From: Lingula anatina
Taxonomy: Eukaryota > Animalia > Brachiopoda
DNA length: 64,000 bases
Direction: 5' to 3'
Assembly (NCBI GenBank): GCA_051362555.1
Contig: CM120648.1
Coordinates: forward strand, 16,736,587 to 16,800,586
In this document: piece by piece, positions 52,701 to 64,000 of the stretch
Layout: each line of letters starts with the position of its first letter
How positions within the stretch are numbered: the stretch's first letter is position 1
The notes under the pieces: generated by a model
Told to the model about the DNA's origin: nothing
The model's input: the letters and a program-made list of their open reading frames with translations, nothing else
The model's database searches: none
Program-made: the position numbers and the translations under genes

Positions 52701-52903
52701 TATTTTAAGTCATTAGAAGACTATGTACTTGAAGTTTTAATTTGAAAAGGTATTTTGGTAGCCATCTTGGATTTGACTGCCATTTTGGAATTTTCAGACA
52801 TGCCCATATATCCAAATTTGTTAGAATTTCATTGTCCATAAGTGTGCCAAATTTCATGCTTGTAGGTAAAAAATGCACAATTTTTCACCAAATTCCTGGA
52901 CTA
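49105..52903. mobile_element. Second Academ-like non-autonomous family (TAG...CTA ends, AAA TSD)
   Basis: Ends tagtccaagaatttggtg / caccaaattcctggacta flanked by AAA, with internally repeated ccaaaatggc / gccattttgg subterminal blocks in inverted orientation. Confidence 0.62.
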
Positions 52904-53084
52904 AAAGTCACATTATTTATCTGATAACAATATCTAAAGCATGCAAGTAATATGGCGGAAATACACCATAGATTCCTAGTCAACGGTGACCCAAACAGCA
53001 TAAAAATCATACTGTCAAACACTGTACACATGTAGTTTTAATGTTCTCCAATACGGTTTTCACCTGTAACAGGTGTGGGAGAGC

Positions 53085-55169
53085 TTAAATTCCTATCGCC
53101 GACGGCTCTTCACAAGTAGCCCGACCACCTCCAACTTCATATTTCTGTAATTCATCCTCTACATCCTGGTGGCTAACTTCTAGTACATCTGCCAGATGCC
53201 AATGTTGGCACTTTCTGAGGACATCTTTCAAATATTTGATTGGTTGTTTTTCAGGGTTACTTGCAATTAGTCTTTCAAACAGCTTTCTACAGGCATCTCG
53301 TGGATTTTCCTTGGCAGCATTTTTAAGCACTGTAATCTCCTCATCTGGTACCATGTCGTCTTGATAACAGTAATCTAAAATACTTCCAATGTCAATATAA
53401 AGTTCCTCAGCAAAGTGAATCTTATTCTGTCTAAGTTTCTTATACTCCATTTCACTCTTAAGTCCATCCTAGGAAAGAAATATAAGAAGTCAAGTAAGTA
53501 GTTTGGGTAGACATGTGCATTTTTACACCTTATCATAAACTTCAATTTTGAAAGAGCGCCCTGCTGGAAGCAAGCAGATCTTTGCATTTTAAAAATTTTT
53601 AATTGTTTAAAAATATATAAATTATATAGATTAAGTTTTCCTTTTTATACATTTTAACGATATTTCACTTGGATTTTGACGATATAGATTTGCTGAGGAG
53701 CATCTTAATAAATACTACAGAGGTTTGCAAATATATAAAATCTCTAAAGCCAAAACATGATATCATACTGTATGCTTGTGTGTAAAATTTGAAAAAAAAA
53801 AAAAAACTAATTCTTTCATTTGACCAAATTGTCAGTTACCTTGACTTCATCAATCAAATTTTGTGGAATGTCTTGCTGTCCTTTTCTGTGGCATTCTTTG
53901 AACTTTAACAACACACTGATGAAAGATGCAATAGAACCCTTTACTTGAGACAACAAAGAAGACACAATATCGGGAGGACTTGGGGTTTCATCTGGAATTC
54001 CATACATCTTCTTCACTTGGTCCCATACTTCATCTTGAGAAAGTGTCTCATTCAGTTGTTTTTTCAAACGTGGAGGAATATGTTTATGAAAAGATGTTGT
54101 CACATCGTTCTCTTTCATGTGTGGCATTGATGCCTTTTCTGAGTTATAATATTGATTAACCAGCTGCAAATTGAGGGTAACATTTGTGTTGCCTGCATTA
54201 GCGGGGATCTGCCTTAGAACCCCAGCAATCTCATGTGTCACTGCCATAGGTAAACTTTCTAACTGATTATCCCCATGGGCCTGGTTAAGAGCTTGGCTTC
54301 CCGTTCTTCTGATGGTCTGAGGGTCAGTAACACCATGGTCTTGATCCCCAGGAGCCACAGGGTCCTGTTGTGGGGGTAAAGATGGGAAGTCAAGGCCTGA
54401 TTTCCTCCTTGTTTCAAAGTGGACGCCAGCTTGTTCCTCCAGGCGGTGGTCAGTGACTGGTAAAGGTGAGGATTCATGAACTAAATTGTCACTTGTTTGG
54501 TAGTTGGCGTCACCTTGCTTCTCCCATACCTGGCCAGAGACTGGTCCCCGTCTTAGTTGGTCCTGAAATAATGGTATTAATAATAAACAATAATAAATAC
54601 AGAAAAAAGAAGAAGAACACGAGTTAAAGACAAACAAAACTGCAACACTGTCAAATGAACAAATCTAGACAAAAAGCGGAAAATATTGATGTACATAGTT
54701 CGGTGCAATATTATTTATAAGAGAAAAAATAGGTAACACAGCTTTCCTTGAACATTGTTGGTAATAGAAGTGCACAAATTATAGGTTCTCAATATACATA
54801 ACACTTACTGATTCCATTTGTAAAATATGAAATCATCAGATTGTGAAAAAATATTTAAAATAATTCTTTACTGTCCTTAAGAAAAGTCCCTACAAATACA
54901 TGTAACTCAAAGGAGCGTACATCTTCATTATCTGAAGTCTTCCATTTTTTAGCTGATGTAACAGCTTTTCTTTTAGCAGGGGATGTATTGCTGGGTGTCA
55001 ACTTGATCTGTTTTGAGGTTGAAGGGTTGCCATGATGGTAACTGCTGTCATCATCATCGTCGTCATTGCTGTATTTCATTTTCTTCTGTGTGGTCTTAAC
55101 AAGGGACTTGCCACCCATAAGGCTGGACTCACCAAAGTCAGAGGTTTCTCTGGATGTTTTAAACAGATG
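53085..55169 (-). CDS. 3' exons of a death-fold signalling protein (Death-like domain plus C-terminal CARD)
   Basis: Phase-0 GT-AG exons 55169-54921, 54562-53840 and 53468-53085 join in frame. The last exon is CARD-like (KLRQNKIHFAEEL...ILDYCYQDDMV...CRKLFERL...LKDVLRKCQHWHLADVL). The middle exon ends in a Death-domain-like segment. The 5' exons were not located. Confidence 0.68.
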
Positions 55170-55407
55170 CTGTAAGAACAAATAATAAAATAAATAAATA
55201 AATATATTGGCATCATTAGTCTTCAGACAACTGGTGGTGACTATGATGATCAACATAAAAACCAACAATTATAACTAGAGGTTCAGAGAGGCGATAATGC
55301 CTCCGAATATTGTACCACCAGCTGGAGTAAGCGTGAGCGTATAGACCCCCACACACACAAAAAAAGGGACACCACCACCAATCTTGTGCTTGACAAGCTG
55401 TAAAGAA

Positions 55408-57350
55408 AATGTACACTGTACTGTACTTAAGCCGCTGTGAGTTGACACTGGATTTTGCAAAATATCTACTGAAATGGATATGTGTTTTTAGAACTGTGCG
55501 TTTTCTTAAGGAAATGTAAATGTGGCAACAAATTATAGAGGAATTGCGCTTTTGAATGTCACGGGAAAAATATTTATGAAAATTTTGAGTAACAGATTTA
55601 ATAATTGGGCAGTGGAAAATAATACAACGATCGAAGCTCAGGCTGCCTATAAAATTGGTTACTCCACTGTCGATCACATTTTTACATTGCAAGGCTGTGT
55701 ACAAAAATACTTAAGTCAAAGAAAAGGCAGATGCTACTGTATTTTATAGATTTCTCAGCCGCTTTCGATAGTGTTCAACATAAATTATTATGGTATGTAC
55801 TTGCAAAAAACTGTGTAAATGGACATGTCGTCACAGTTTTACGCTCTATGTATTCCCAACTGCAATCATGTGTTCTAACAAATTTAGGCCTTACTGAGTA
55901 TTTTAAATGTAACATGGGCACTCGACAAGGATGCATGTTAAGTCCTTTTCTATTTACATTATTCATAAATGAATTTTATCATAGTTTGGACAAGGCTGGA
56001 TGTCAGGGTATTTACATAAATGAGGCGCTTCCAAATCTCATGTCTTTGCTTTATGCTGATGACATTGTATGTATTTCAGACACTGTTGGGGGGTTACAGA
56101 AACAAATCCATCAATTAGAAAAATATTGCAGCCAGTATGGTATGCTAGTAAATGTCCAAAAGACAAAAATAGTAGTATTTAGGAGAGGTGGTAAAATAAA
56201 GAAAAATGAAAGGTGGTTTTTCAAGGGCAAACAATTAGAAGCAGTACCTGCATATAAATACTTAGGAACATTTTTTGGTGCTTTCCTTGGTTGGGGTAAA
56301 ACTATCCAACATCAAATCAACCAAGCCAATAAAGCATTATTTGTTATTAAGTTATATTTGAAAAAACAAGCATGTATTTCCTTTAAGGAAGCTTTCTTTC
56401 TTTTTGATAGAATGATAACACCCATTCTTTTCTATGGTGCTGAGATATGGGGTCATAAACCAGTAGAAAGGATTGAAGTCTTCCAAGCAAAATTTTGTAG
56501 ATATTTACTAGGTGTTAGTTCAAATACTGTGACGGAAGCTGTACTAGGCGAATGCGGAAGATATCCATTGTATACCAACTATATGGTAAATAGCATTAAA
56601 TATTGGTTAAAGCTTGTACATATGAATGAAGATCGCTATCCTGCTCATGTATATGATATGCTATTCAAATTAGATTCAAGTGGAAGGCACACTTGGGCCA
56701 CAGATGTTAAAATGTTGTTATATAGATATGGATTTGGATATGTCTGGGAGGCTCAGGGTGTGGGAAATTCTGTTTTATTTATTAAAGTTTTCAGAGAAAG
56801 ATTACTAGATAATGCTGGCCAAATATGGCACAGTAACATATGTAAGAGCAGCAAACTGGATACTTATTCATTATTTAAGAGTACGTTAACACTGGAGTGT
56901 TACTTATTAAGCATTAAAAATGTAAAACATAGAACCTCACTAGCAAGATTCAGATGCGCAAATCACCTACTAAATATTGAGAGCGGTAGATGGAAAGGTA
57001 TAGAAAGATGCAATAGACTCTGTTTAATCTGTAACATAACATTTATGATGTTGAAGACGAATACCATTTTTTAATGACATGTGTAGCATATACAGAATTA
57101 AGAGAAAAATATTTGCCAGTGAATAACCCTACTAAAGAAAGTTTTTTAAGATTAATGAACACAAAAAACACAAATTTAATATCTAGTTTAGCTGTTTATA
57201 TATTTAATGCTTTTTTATTAAGAAAAGAAATTTTAGATCACTGACAAAAAATTAATAATCTTTAATACTTCTCACGGACTTTATTATTATTATTATTATC
57301 ACTATGGGCCGGAGGCCTTGAAAAACTGAATAAATTATCTATCTATCTAT
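55408..57350 (+). mobile_element. 5'-truncated RTEX-like non-LTR retrotransposon
   Basis: 14-bp TSD caagctgtaaagaa (55394-55407 and 57351-57364) and a (TATC)n tail; RT remnant inside. Confidence 0.8.
55522..57243 (+). pseudogene. Reverse transcriptase ORF (RTEX-like), frameshifted near 55745 and 57045
   Basis: NYRGIALLNVTGKIF, FIDFSAAFDSV, GTRQGCMLSPFLF, LLYADD, LGECGRYPL and RFRCANHLLNIESGR...CLIC. Confidence 0.87.
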
Positions 57351-58884
57351 CAAGCTGTAAAGAATGCAATCAACAAGAATTCTCAAAATATGCAAAAAAT
57401 ATATATATAACTAAAAATGGTACAATTAAAGTTCAGTTCATAGTGAGGTAGGTCAAGGGTCAATTAAAGGTCACAGTAAATTTCCGGTATATGACTTCCT
57501 TTTCAAGTTCAATAGCAACTATGGGCCTATCTCTGACAGTTTTGGAGATAAAAGGGAACCAAAATTTGCAAAGTTCAATTCATGATGAAAAGTAGGTCAA
57601 AGGCCAATTTCAAGGTCACATTTAGATTGCCAGTATATGACCACAAGTTGTCTGCCTCGCCAATCCTTATGTTTTATTTTTCCGGGGTTCAAAATTTATT
57701 ATCCATTACCGTACTGCACATTTTGCTTTCACCACCAATATGTACTTTTTGATACAGCGCAACTCGAAAACCGTATGGAATACAAAAAAACGGAGACCAC
57801 TTTCAGTGTTGGGCTTTACATGCTCTAAAAAATGCAAAAAAGGATGGGTCTCTAGCATTAACGGTTCCCGAATAAGAGACAGTTTTCAGTTTTGGTATCT
57901 TATGGCCGCTACTCCCGTGAAAATGCACCGACTGACCCCAAATTCACGGAGATGAAAGATGACCCAAAGGGAAACACTTTCCAATAATATTATTGGTTAA
58001 GTCTCTGTGGTGTCTGAATAACGGTGCAAATAATTTTTTTTTCATAAAAAATTGAGTTTTTTTGAAATTTTTGGCTCGTTTGACCTTGAAATAAAGGTCA
58101 AAGGTGAAATCCAAGGGCATTTTTGAAATCTACACATATGACTTTTGGAAAGCCGTCTGTAGAAAATTTTCCCATAATTCATTCCGTAGGGTAGATAATT
58201 AACATTTAATTTTGCCATTTTTGGACAAGGGTGCATTGCAATGAGTGCCACACCTAGACCCCAGTCCGTACCAACAAAGCCCAAATTTTACATGGAACGA
58301 GTTGAGATTATAGGTGACCTAAATCCAAGAGGTGGTACGGAGGCCCTTAACGTCTAGGAGGAGAAGCGGTAATGATGACTTGTCGGCGGAGCCGGCGGAA
58401 CGATCTGGACGGGACTAAAACCATGTGTACCGCCAACGCTAACGCTGGTGGTACAATAATATCTCTATGTATCTCTTTGTATAGGGATATTCAGAAAACT
58501 TAGTTAGTAAATGGCTTCAGGCTGATTGCAGTAGAAATTCACACATTAAAGTGATAATAACTCTTCATTTCGGCCAAAAAATGAATTTTCCTGGAGTGAA
58601 CAACAATTTTCTCATACTAACCAATGGTTAATGAATCCATTTTTACATTCAAAGTTAGTCCCTGTTTTTTTCTAAAAAGCTTCTCCCATGAAAACGCACC
58701 GATTGACCCCAAACTTACGAAGATTAAAGATAACTCTAAGTGTAACACCTGCCCATAATATTATAGGCTAGATCTGTAGTTTCTGAAAATCACCACAAAA
58801 AATAAACTTATGCAAAAAATTCCCACATTTAGAAAATTTTGACCCATTTGACCTTGAAATAAAGGTTAAAAATCATATCCAAGG

Positions 58885-61800
58885 TAGTCTGGATGATTGG
58901 TGCTATATTTTGGCCAAATTGCTCAAAATGTGGAAAAAGCATGAAACTTGGCACAAATGTTCTTTGGTCTATACTGATCATTTTCAAGGGCAGTGCCCAA
59001 AATTTCAAAGCGTTGCTTAGCAACCGTTGCTATGGAAGTGAATTTCCTTAGTAACAAGCTTATTAGACCTTTCTTGTCCAGTTTAAATTGTTTAGAAATG
59101 CTAATAACTATGTTCCAGGGCATCAGAACTGTCACTTGACTATTTTAAGGCAATTACAACCCAAATTTACCTTAGCTACGATTGCTAGGCAGCATATTAC
59201 CCTAGCAACAAGCATTTAAAGTTGCGTTAGTCTATTAAGTAAGGCAAATCTATAATACTAGCTAAGAACTACACTTTTGAGCAAGATGTTCATACTTTTA
59301 ATCCAGTCAGTTGAAACAATTGTGTGATGTTTACACACATCCGATCAAAAACATTGCCATTGCAGATACTTAAGGCAGCATGTTCAAAGTTAGTAACCAG
59401 CCATTTCCATGCTTTTATCACCTTACGAATCTTTATAAAACTTTGCAATAGTTAAGACGTTAATTTCTCCCTTGTATGTGCAATATACAGTGCATTTTGC
59501 CCTTGCACATTGTCAGCCTCTACATTTGCACCTACATGGACACTGGAGCAACTTTGGGCAGGTGAATAGCTTCTGGCAAATGTGTCCACAAGGGTCCACT
59601 GTTCCGCACAAGTCCAACCAGAGTGAGCACATGGTATTTGATGACATGGCACCGTAGTGCTGATTCAGATATGTTTATCTCGCAAGAATACTCTTATATT
59701 GTTGTGGAGCAGCCTTGGTGGAAGTAAGATATGGCATCTAACGGCCTTTGGGTGTGAACAGAAACTTTTGAACTTCAATGATTAACAAAAAGAATTAGAA
59801 TAGAACCATGCAGGTGTACTTAAGTTACTTGGTAGAGAATAGAAACTGACAAAATACAATGTGAAAAATAGTGAAATATTGAACAAAATGAAAAATATCT
59901 TGGAAATCTGGTCTCTGAGAAACCTTTCAATAATAGGAAAGTCAACAGTGGTTTAGTATTTCTCATCTTACGTTGTGCACGTATAAACTCTCCTACCAGC
60001 CCCCCCCCCCTCCCTCAATACTTAAAAATATGCATATCATATGTAACTTTATCAGGAATGGGACAAGATACAAAATAAAACAAGGCAGCAAAGCTGTCAA
60101 ATGTACAGACAAAAATCAGGAAATAACTATGCACAAAATAGGCTACTGTCAATTCTGATGCAAAAGTACATTATGTTAAACTGCAAATTCAACATCAAAT
60201 TTTAATTATGCTCAACAGGTAATACCAATGTAAGTAAAATGTGTAACAAGCATAAGGCTTCAGGTCCATGGCAGTTCAAGTTCACACTTTGAAAATGTAT
60301 AACTTCCAGAAAAAGAAGCCAATTAGACTGCTTTTCCAACTCAGGCTGCATTTTAGTCCTGTATTTCTTTTCTGAACGTTTGGCAATCATCAGTAACATG
60401 GTTTTCCCATAATGGTCATCATGGCAGCAGCACCCAAAATTGTGTTTTCTTCTATTCTGATGCAATATTACAAAGTGGTTAACAGCATAATGACCGTCAA
60501 TTTTTAATAATAAAATATACGTATCATGGATTTTCAGAAAATGTGACTAGCATGGGTCTTCAAGCCCATGGAACTTCAAAGTCACACCTTGAAAATGCCA
60601 ATATGTGAAAAATTAAATTTTCACAAAAAAAAAAAACTGTTTAACTAGCAGAAAGAATTACCAAACAGACTGCATTGCCTACTGAAGCTGTATTTTAGTC
60701 CCATGTTTCTTTCCTGTAAGTTTGAGAACAGTAAGTGACATGATTTTTCTTAAATGGTCATCATGGGAGCAGTGCCCAAAATATTTTTTTTCCAAATTTT
60801 GATGCAATATTACATAATGTTTAACAGCATAATGACCATCAATTTTTAATAATAAAATATTAGTATTATGGATATTCAGAAAATGTGACTAGCAAAGGTC
60901 TTCAGGCCCATGGAACTTCAAAGTCACAACTTGAAAATGCCAAAATGTAAACAAGACAGCACTGTTCTGAAATGTTTTTTTTTTCCATTTTTAACACTTT
61001 TTTAACATAAAACAAAATTAACAGTTTACTGCCATTTTTATATGATCAACTAAGAAAATTGATGAGATGTGAAAAATATCAATAAAACGGTGTCATATGT
61101 CCAATTTCCTCCATTCTGAGTTTCTGAACATAGTGAATGATTGAATCTTACAAACTGCAATGATATTAGTTTATTTCCATTTTTGAAACTTTATTACACA
61201 ATACACGATAACAAGTTTACCATCATTTTTACAAAATCAACTAACAATGTTGTAAAGATGCAGGAAATGTCAAACAAACACTTTTACTTATCTTATTAAT
61301 TAAATAATGAAACTGTTAACATGCCTAAAAATTGAATCTGAGGAAATGTGAAAAAACAGCATAACTTATAAAATAATGGTCCGATTATGCTGATTTTCAA
61401 ACTTAACCTGCGTTTTAGTAAGATTGATTACTCCTGTGAGTTTCATGACAACAGGCCTATGGGTTTTCCTTGAAATGTGTTCACAGTGTTGCATATATGC
61501 TGAAAAGTGAAAAAACAGCATAACTACTAAAATAGTGGCCCGATCATGCCGATTTTCGAACTTGATCTGCGTTTTAGTAAGACTGATTACTCCTGTAAGT
61601 TTCATGACAACAGTCCTATCAGTTTTCCTTGAAATGTGTTAACAGTGTTGCATATATGCTGAAAAGTGAAAAAACAGCATAAATTCTACAATAATGGCCT
61701 GATCATGCTGATTTTCGAACTTGACCTGTGTTTTATGAATATTCATCAGCTCTGTAAATATAAAGCCAAAAAGTAAAACTGTCTTCCACTTATGGTGTTA

Positions 61801-63073
61801 ACGCTGAAAGTGCATGGCGACGGCAACGACAGACGCAGGTGATGGCAATATGTACAGACACATCTGTGTCTGTACATAATGAGCAAGGATGGCATCTGAT
61901 TACAAAAATAGACGGTAAAAGGTACCGCAAATTAAAATTTTACCAAGGCCCTAAACTTTACATGGCTTAAAGACTTCTTTATGAAGAAAATAAGAGTAAG
62001 TGGAGAGCGTTTTTCTCGGCGAAATGTCAGGAATCGGTAGTAACAAAAGGTGGATTAAAAATACTAAAAGCAACTTCTTATCCCTTTTGGCAAAGATTAT
62101 TGGTTCTATGAGTGAAATTCAGGAAAAATTTCAATTTAACCCCAGATGAAATTCTTTCACAACCATTATGTCAAAACTCAAAATTGAAAGAAATTGCAAA
62201 AACTATTTTCCATAAAAGATGGTGTAAAAATGTTTTTTTTTTACATCAATGATATTATAAATGACATTTGAAATCCCCTGTCTAGAGGAACTCAACAAAA
62301 AATCAACTTTAACACTAACTTTCTAGGCTAATTCAGCATCCAGAAGAGCTTACCATCTGAATGGCTATCTCTTCCCATGGAAGTAAATTGAGCATAGCTA
62401 TCCAAGAAATAATTGACTCAATTAAACAAGTTACCAAACCATCCAGATATTTTTTCACAAAAAATCCTCCAAAGCCATAAAATATAACCAGATAAAGGTG
62501 TAGGTGAATGGCAGACATATTTTTAAAAACCTTGAGTACTGATAATCGGGAACTAACATTTAAGAAACAGATCACAAGAAAATGAAGTTGCTCCAATTCA
62601 GATTAAATCATAGAATATTCAATACTTATGCTTATCTTATGAATTTGAGAATTTTGCAATACTGCTAGGGAAAATATTCTGAACGTTTTTTGGGATTGTC
62701 CACATGTAAAATATGTTTGGATGTGCATCATTTGCCCCGCTAAAGATAATTTAGGTGTGGTCATTGATAGATCTCCGGAGATATTTGTATTTGGGTTTGT
62801 GCAAGCATACACTATTTATGTACCTATTTTAATAATTAAGAAACATGTTAGTATATGTAGAATGGGAACAGAAAGATCTGGGAACAGAAGGAACTGGAGG
62901 GTATGTAAAATGCTACAGAGATATCTGTATATATATTATTAAATATATTTAATGTTAAATACTTGTTTCTGGGGTAATATGCTGCCAAGCAACTGTTGCA
63001 ATGGTTTACTTGGGTTTTTAATGCCTTAAAATAGTATAGTGATAGTTCTGATGGCTTGAAACATTATTAAAAG
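58885..63073 (-). mobile_element. Inverted second copy of the Academ-like host element lacking the IS3EU insertion
   Basis: Reverse complement of 27658-27202 joined directly to 6791-4826, with a family A insertion at ~60080-61879. Homology stops at ~63073. Confidence 0.87.
60080..61879. mobile_element. Helentron-type family A, complete copy with defined ends
   Basis: Absent from the paralogous site at ~6035. Runs from aacaaggcagc to the terminal hairpin tgtacagacacatctgtgtctgtaca, inserted in an A/T run without an obvious TSD. Confidence 0.75.
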
Positions 63074-64000
63074 TTTGACGATTTGCGCAATTTCAGCGCA
63101 TCGTCAATCGTCTCTAACGACACTTCAGTCTGTTTTATCAATTTGAGGAAATAAAATAATTGTCTATAAGATAAACACACATTATCAACTTGTCTGTAAC
63201 TCTGTATGATCGATACAGATTTTCGACAACATTTGTCGACTATGATTCCATACGACAACTGTAGCACGTTCATAGACTTGCCCTTCAAGAAATCGTCGGA
63301 ATAGCTCCTTTTCCAATTTGAATTGGCACTAGAAAAAGTATGACAGCTAAAGCTCACAAATTATGCACATAGGTACTATGTCATGTAAAGAATAAGTGTT
63401 GTAAATTCCAATCAAAGCGGCTGCGTACGTTTTAAGGTAGAACGCCCTGAATGCGCAGCTTAGATTTCGACGAAAACCGGAAGTGCGTAGTAACGCCACT
63501 CATTTGGACTTAGAGAAATTTGGACTGAGAAATATTTTGTAGCTTATACAAATGTTCAGAAAATGGCCATACAGCTTGAAGAAAATTCACTAATCAAAAT
63601 TGAAACTGTGTTATATTATACAGAAAAAATTGTGCACTTCTGACCTCGACTTGTCAGTGTCAGTGTAAACAAAGTGTACTGAACGCACCGCAAGCAGCAC
63701 GTGAATGCCGTATTTGATACTTTGTATCAGACGCTTCATTTTACTTGACAACACGGTGTTTTACGATGTCACGTTCATGTTATATTCATAAATAAATAAC
63801 AACGCCAATAAACTATTTTCAACAACAACAACAACAACAATTTAGTGCAAAAACACCGATTTTCCCATTGATTTGAATGGGGACTTCCGATTAGTGCGTC
63901 ACGCAGGGTGTGACGCACTTCAAGTTGGCGTAGTTCTCTTATTTGGTCGGTGACCCCCAATTTTTTTGGCAAAATTTAAATGTACTTGGAGGCCTCTTTA

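Larger units (their letters stand above)
55273..58460. mobile_element. Helentron-type repeat family B, full copy interrupted by a LINE
   Basis: aactag start and subterminal inverted repeat tattgtaccacc / ggtggtacaata; homologous to 13806-14828. Confidence 0.62.

Noticed and set aside
4622-63073. One giant 58-kb element with kilobase-long TIRs
   Set aside because: The inverted similarity is explained by two separate copies of the Academ-like element; the first has its own paired TIRs and CAA TSD.
63074-64000. Different sequence that truncates the second Academ-like copy
   Set aside because: Probably another insertion running off the window, but no terminus or ORF can be supported.

Overview
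AT-rich, intron-containing eukaryotic DNA, probably from a marine invertebrate, dominated by nested transposons. The centrepiece is a complete 20.4-kb cut-and-paste element (6792-27201) with near-identical TAT...ATA terminal inverted repeats and a perfect 6-bp target duplication (GATGTG), resembling the IS3EU superfamily. It carries two inward-facing spliced genes: a 5-exon IS3/integrase-like DD(36)E transposase (~500 aa, last exon split by a 2.2-kb insertion) and an intact 11-exon, ~674-aa G2E3-like HECT E3 ubiquitin ligase with a UBZ-like zinc finger and an unusually short HECT N-lobe. The window also holds the empty pre-insertion site (59336-59341, in a second copy of the Academ-like host element) and a 550-bp MITE derived from the same family (44665-45214). 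Other content: L2, RTEX-like, R4/Dong-like and Tx1-like LINE fragments, Helentron-type, pogo, hAT and Harbinger non-autonomous elements, tandem satellites, an NHL-propeller ORF with a decayed RING/B-box upstream, and the 3' exons of a Death-domain plus CARD gene. Exon models and family assignments were made by eye and need computational confirmation.
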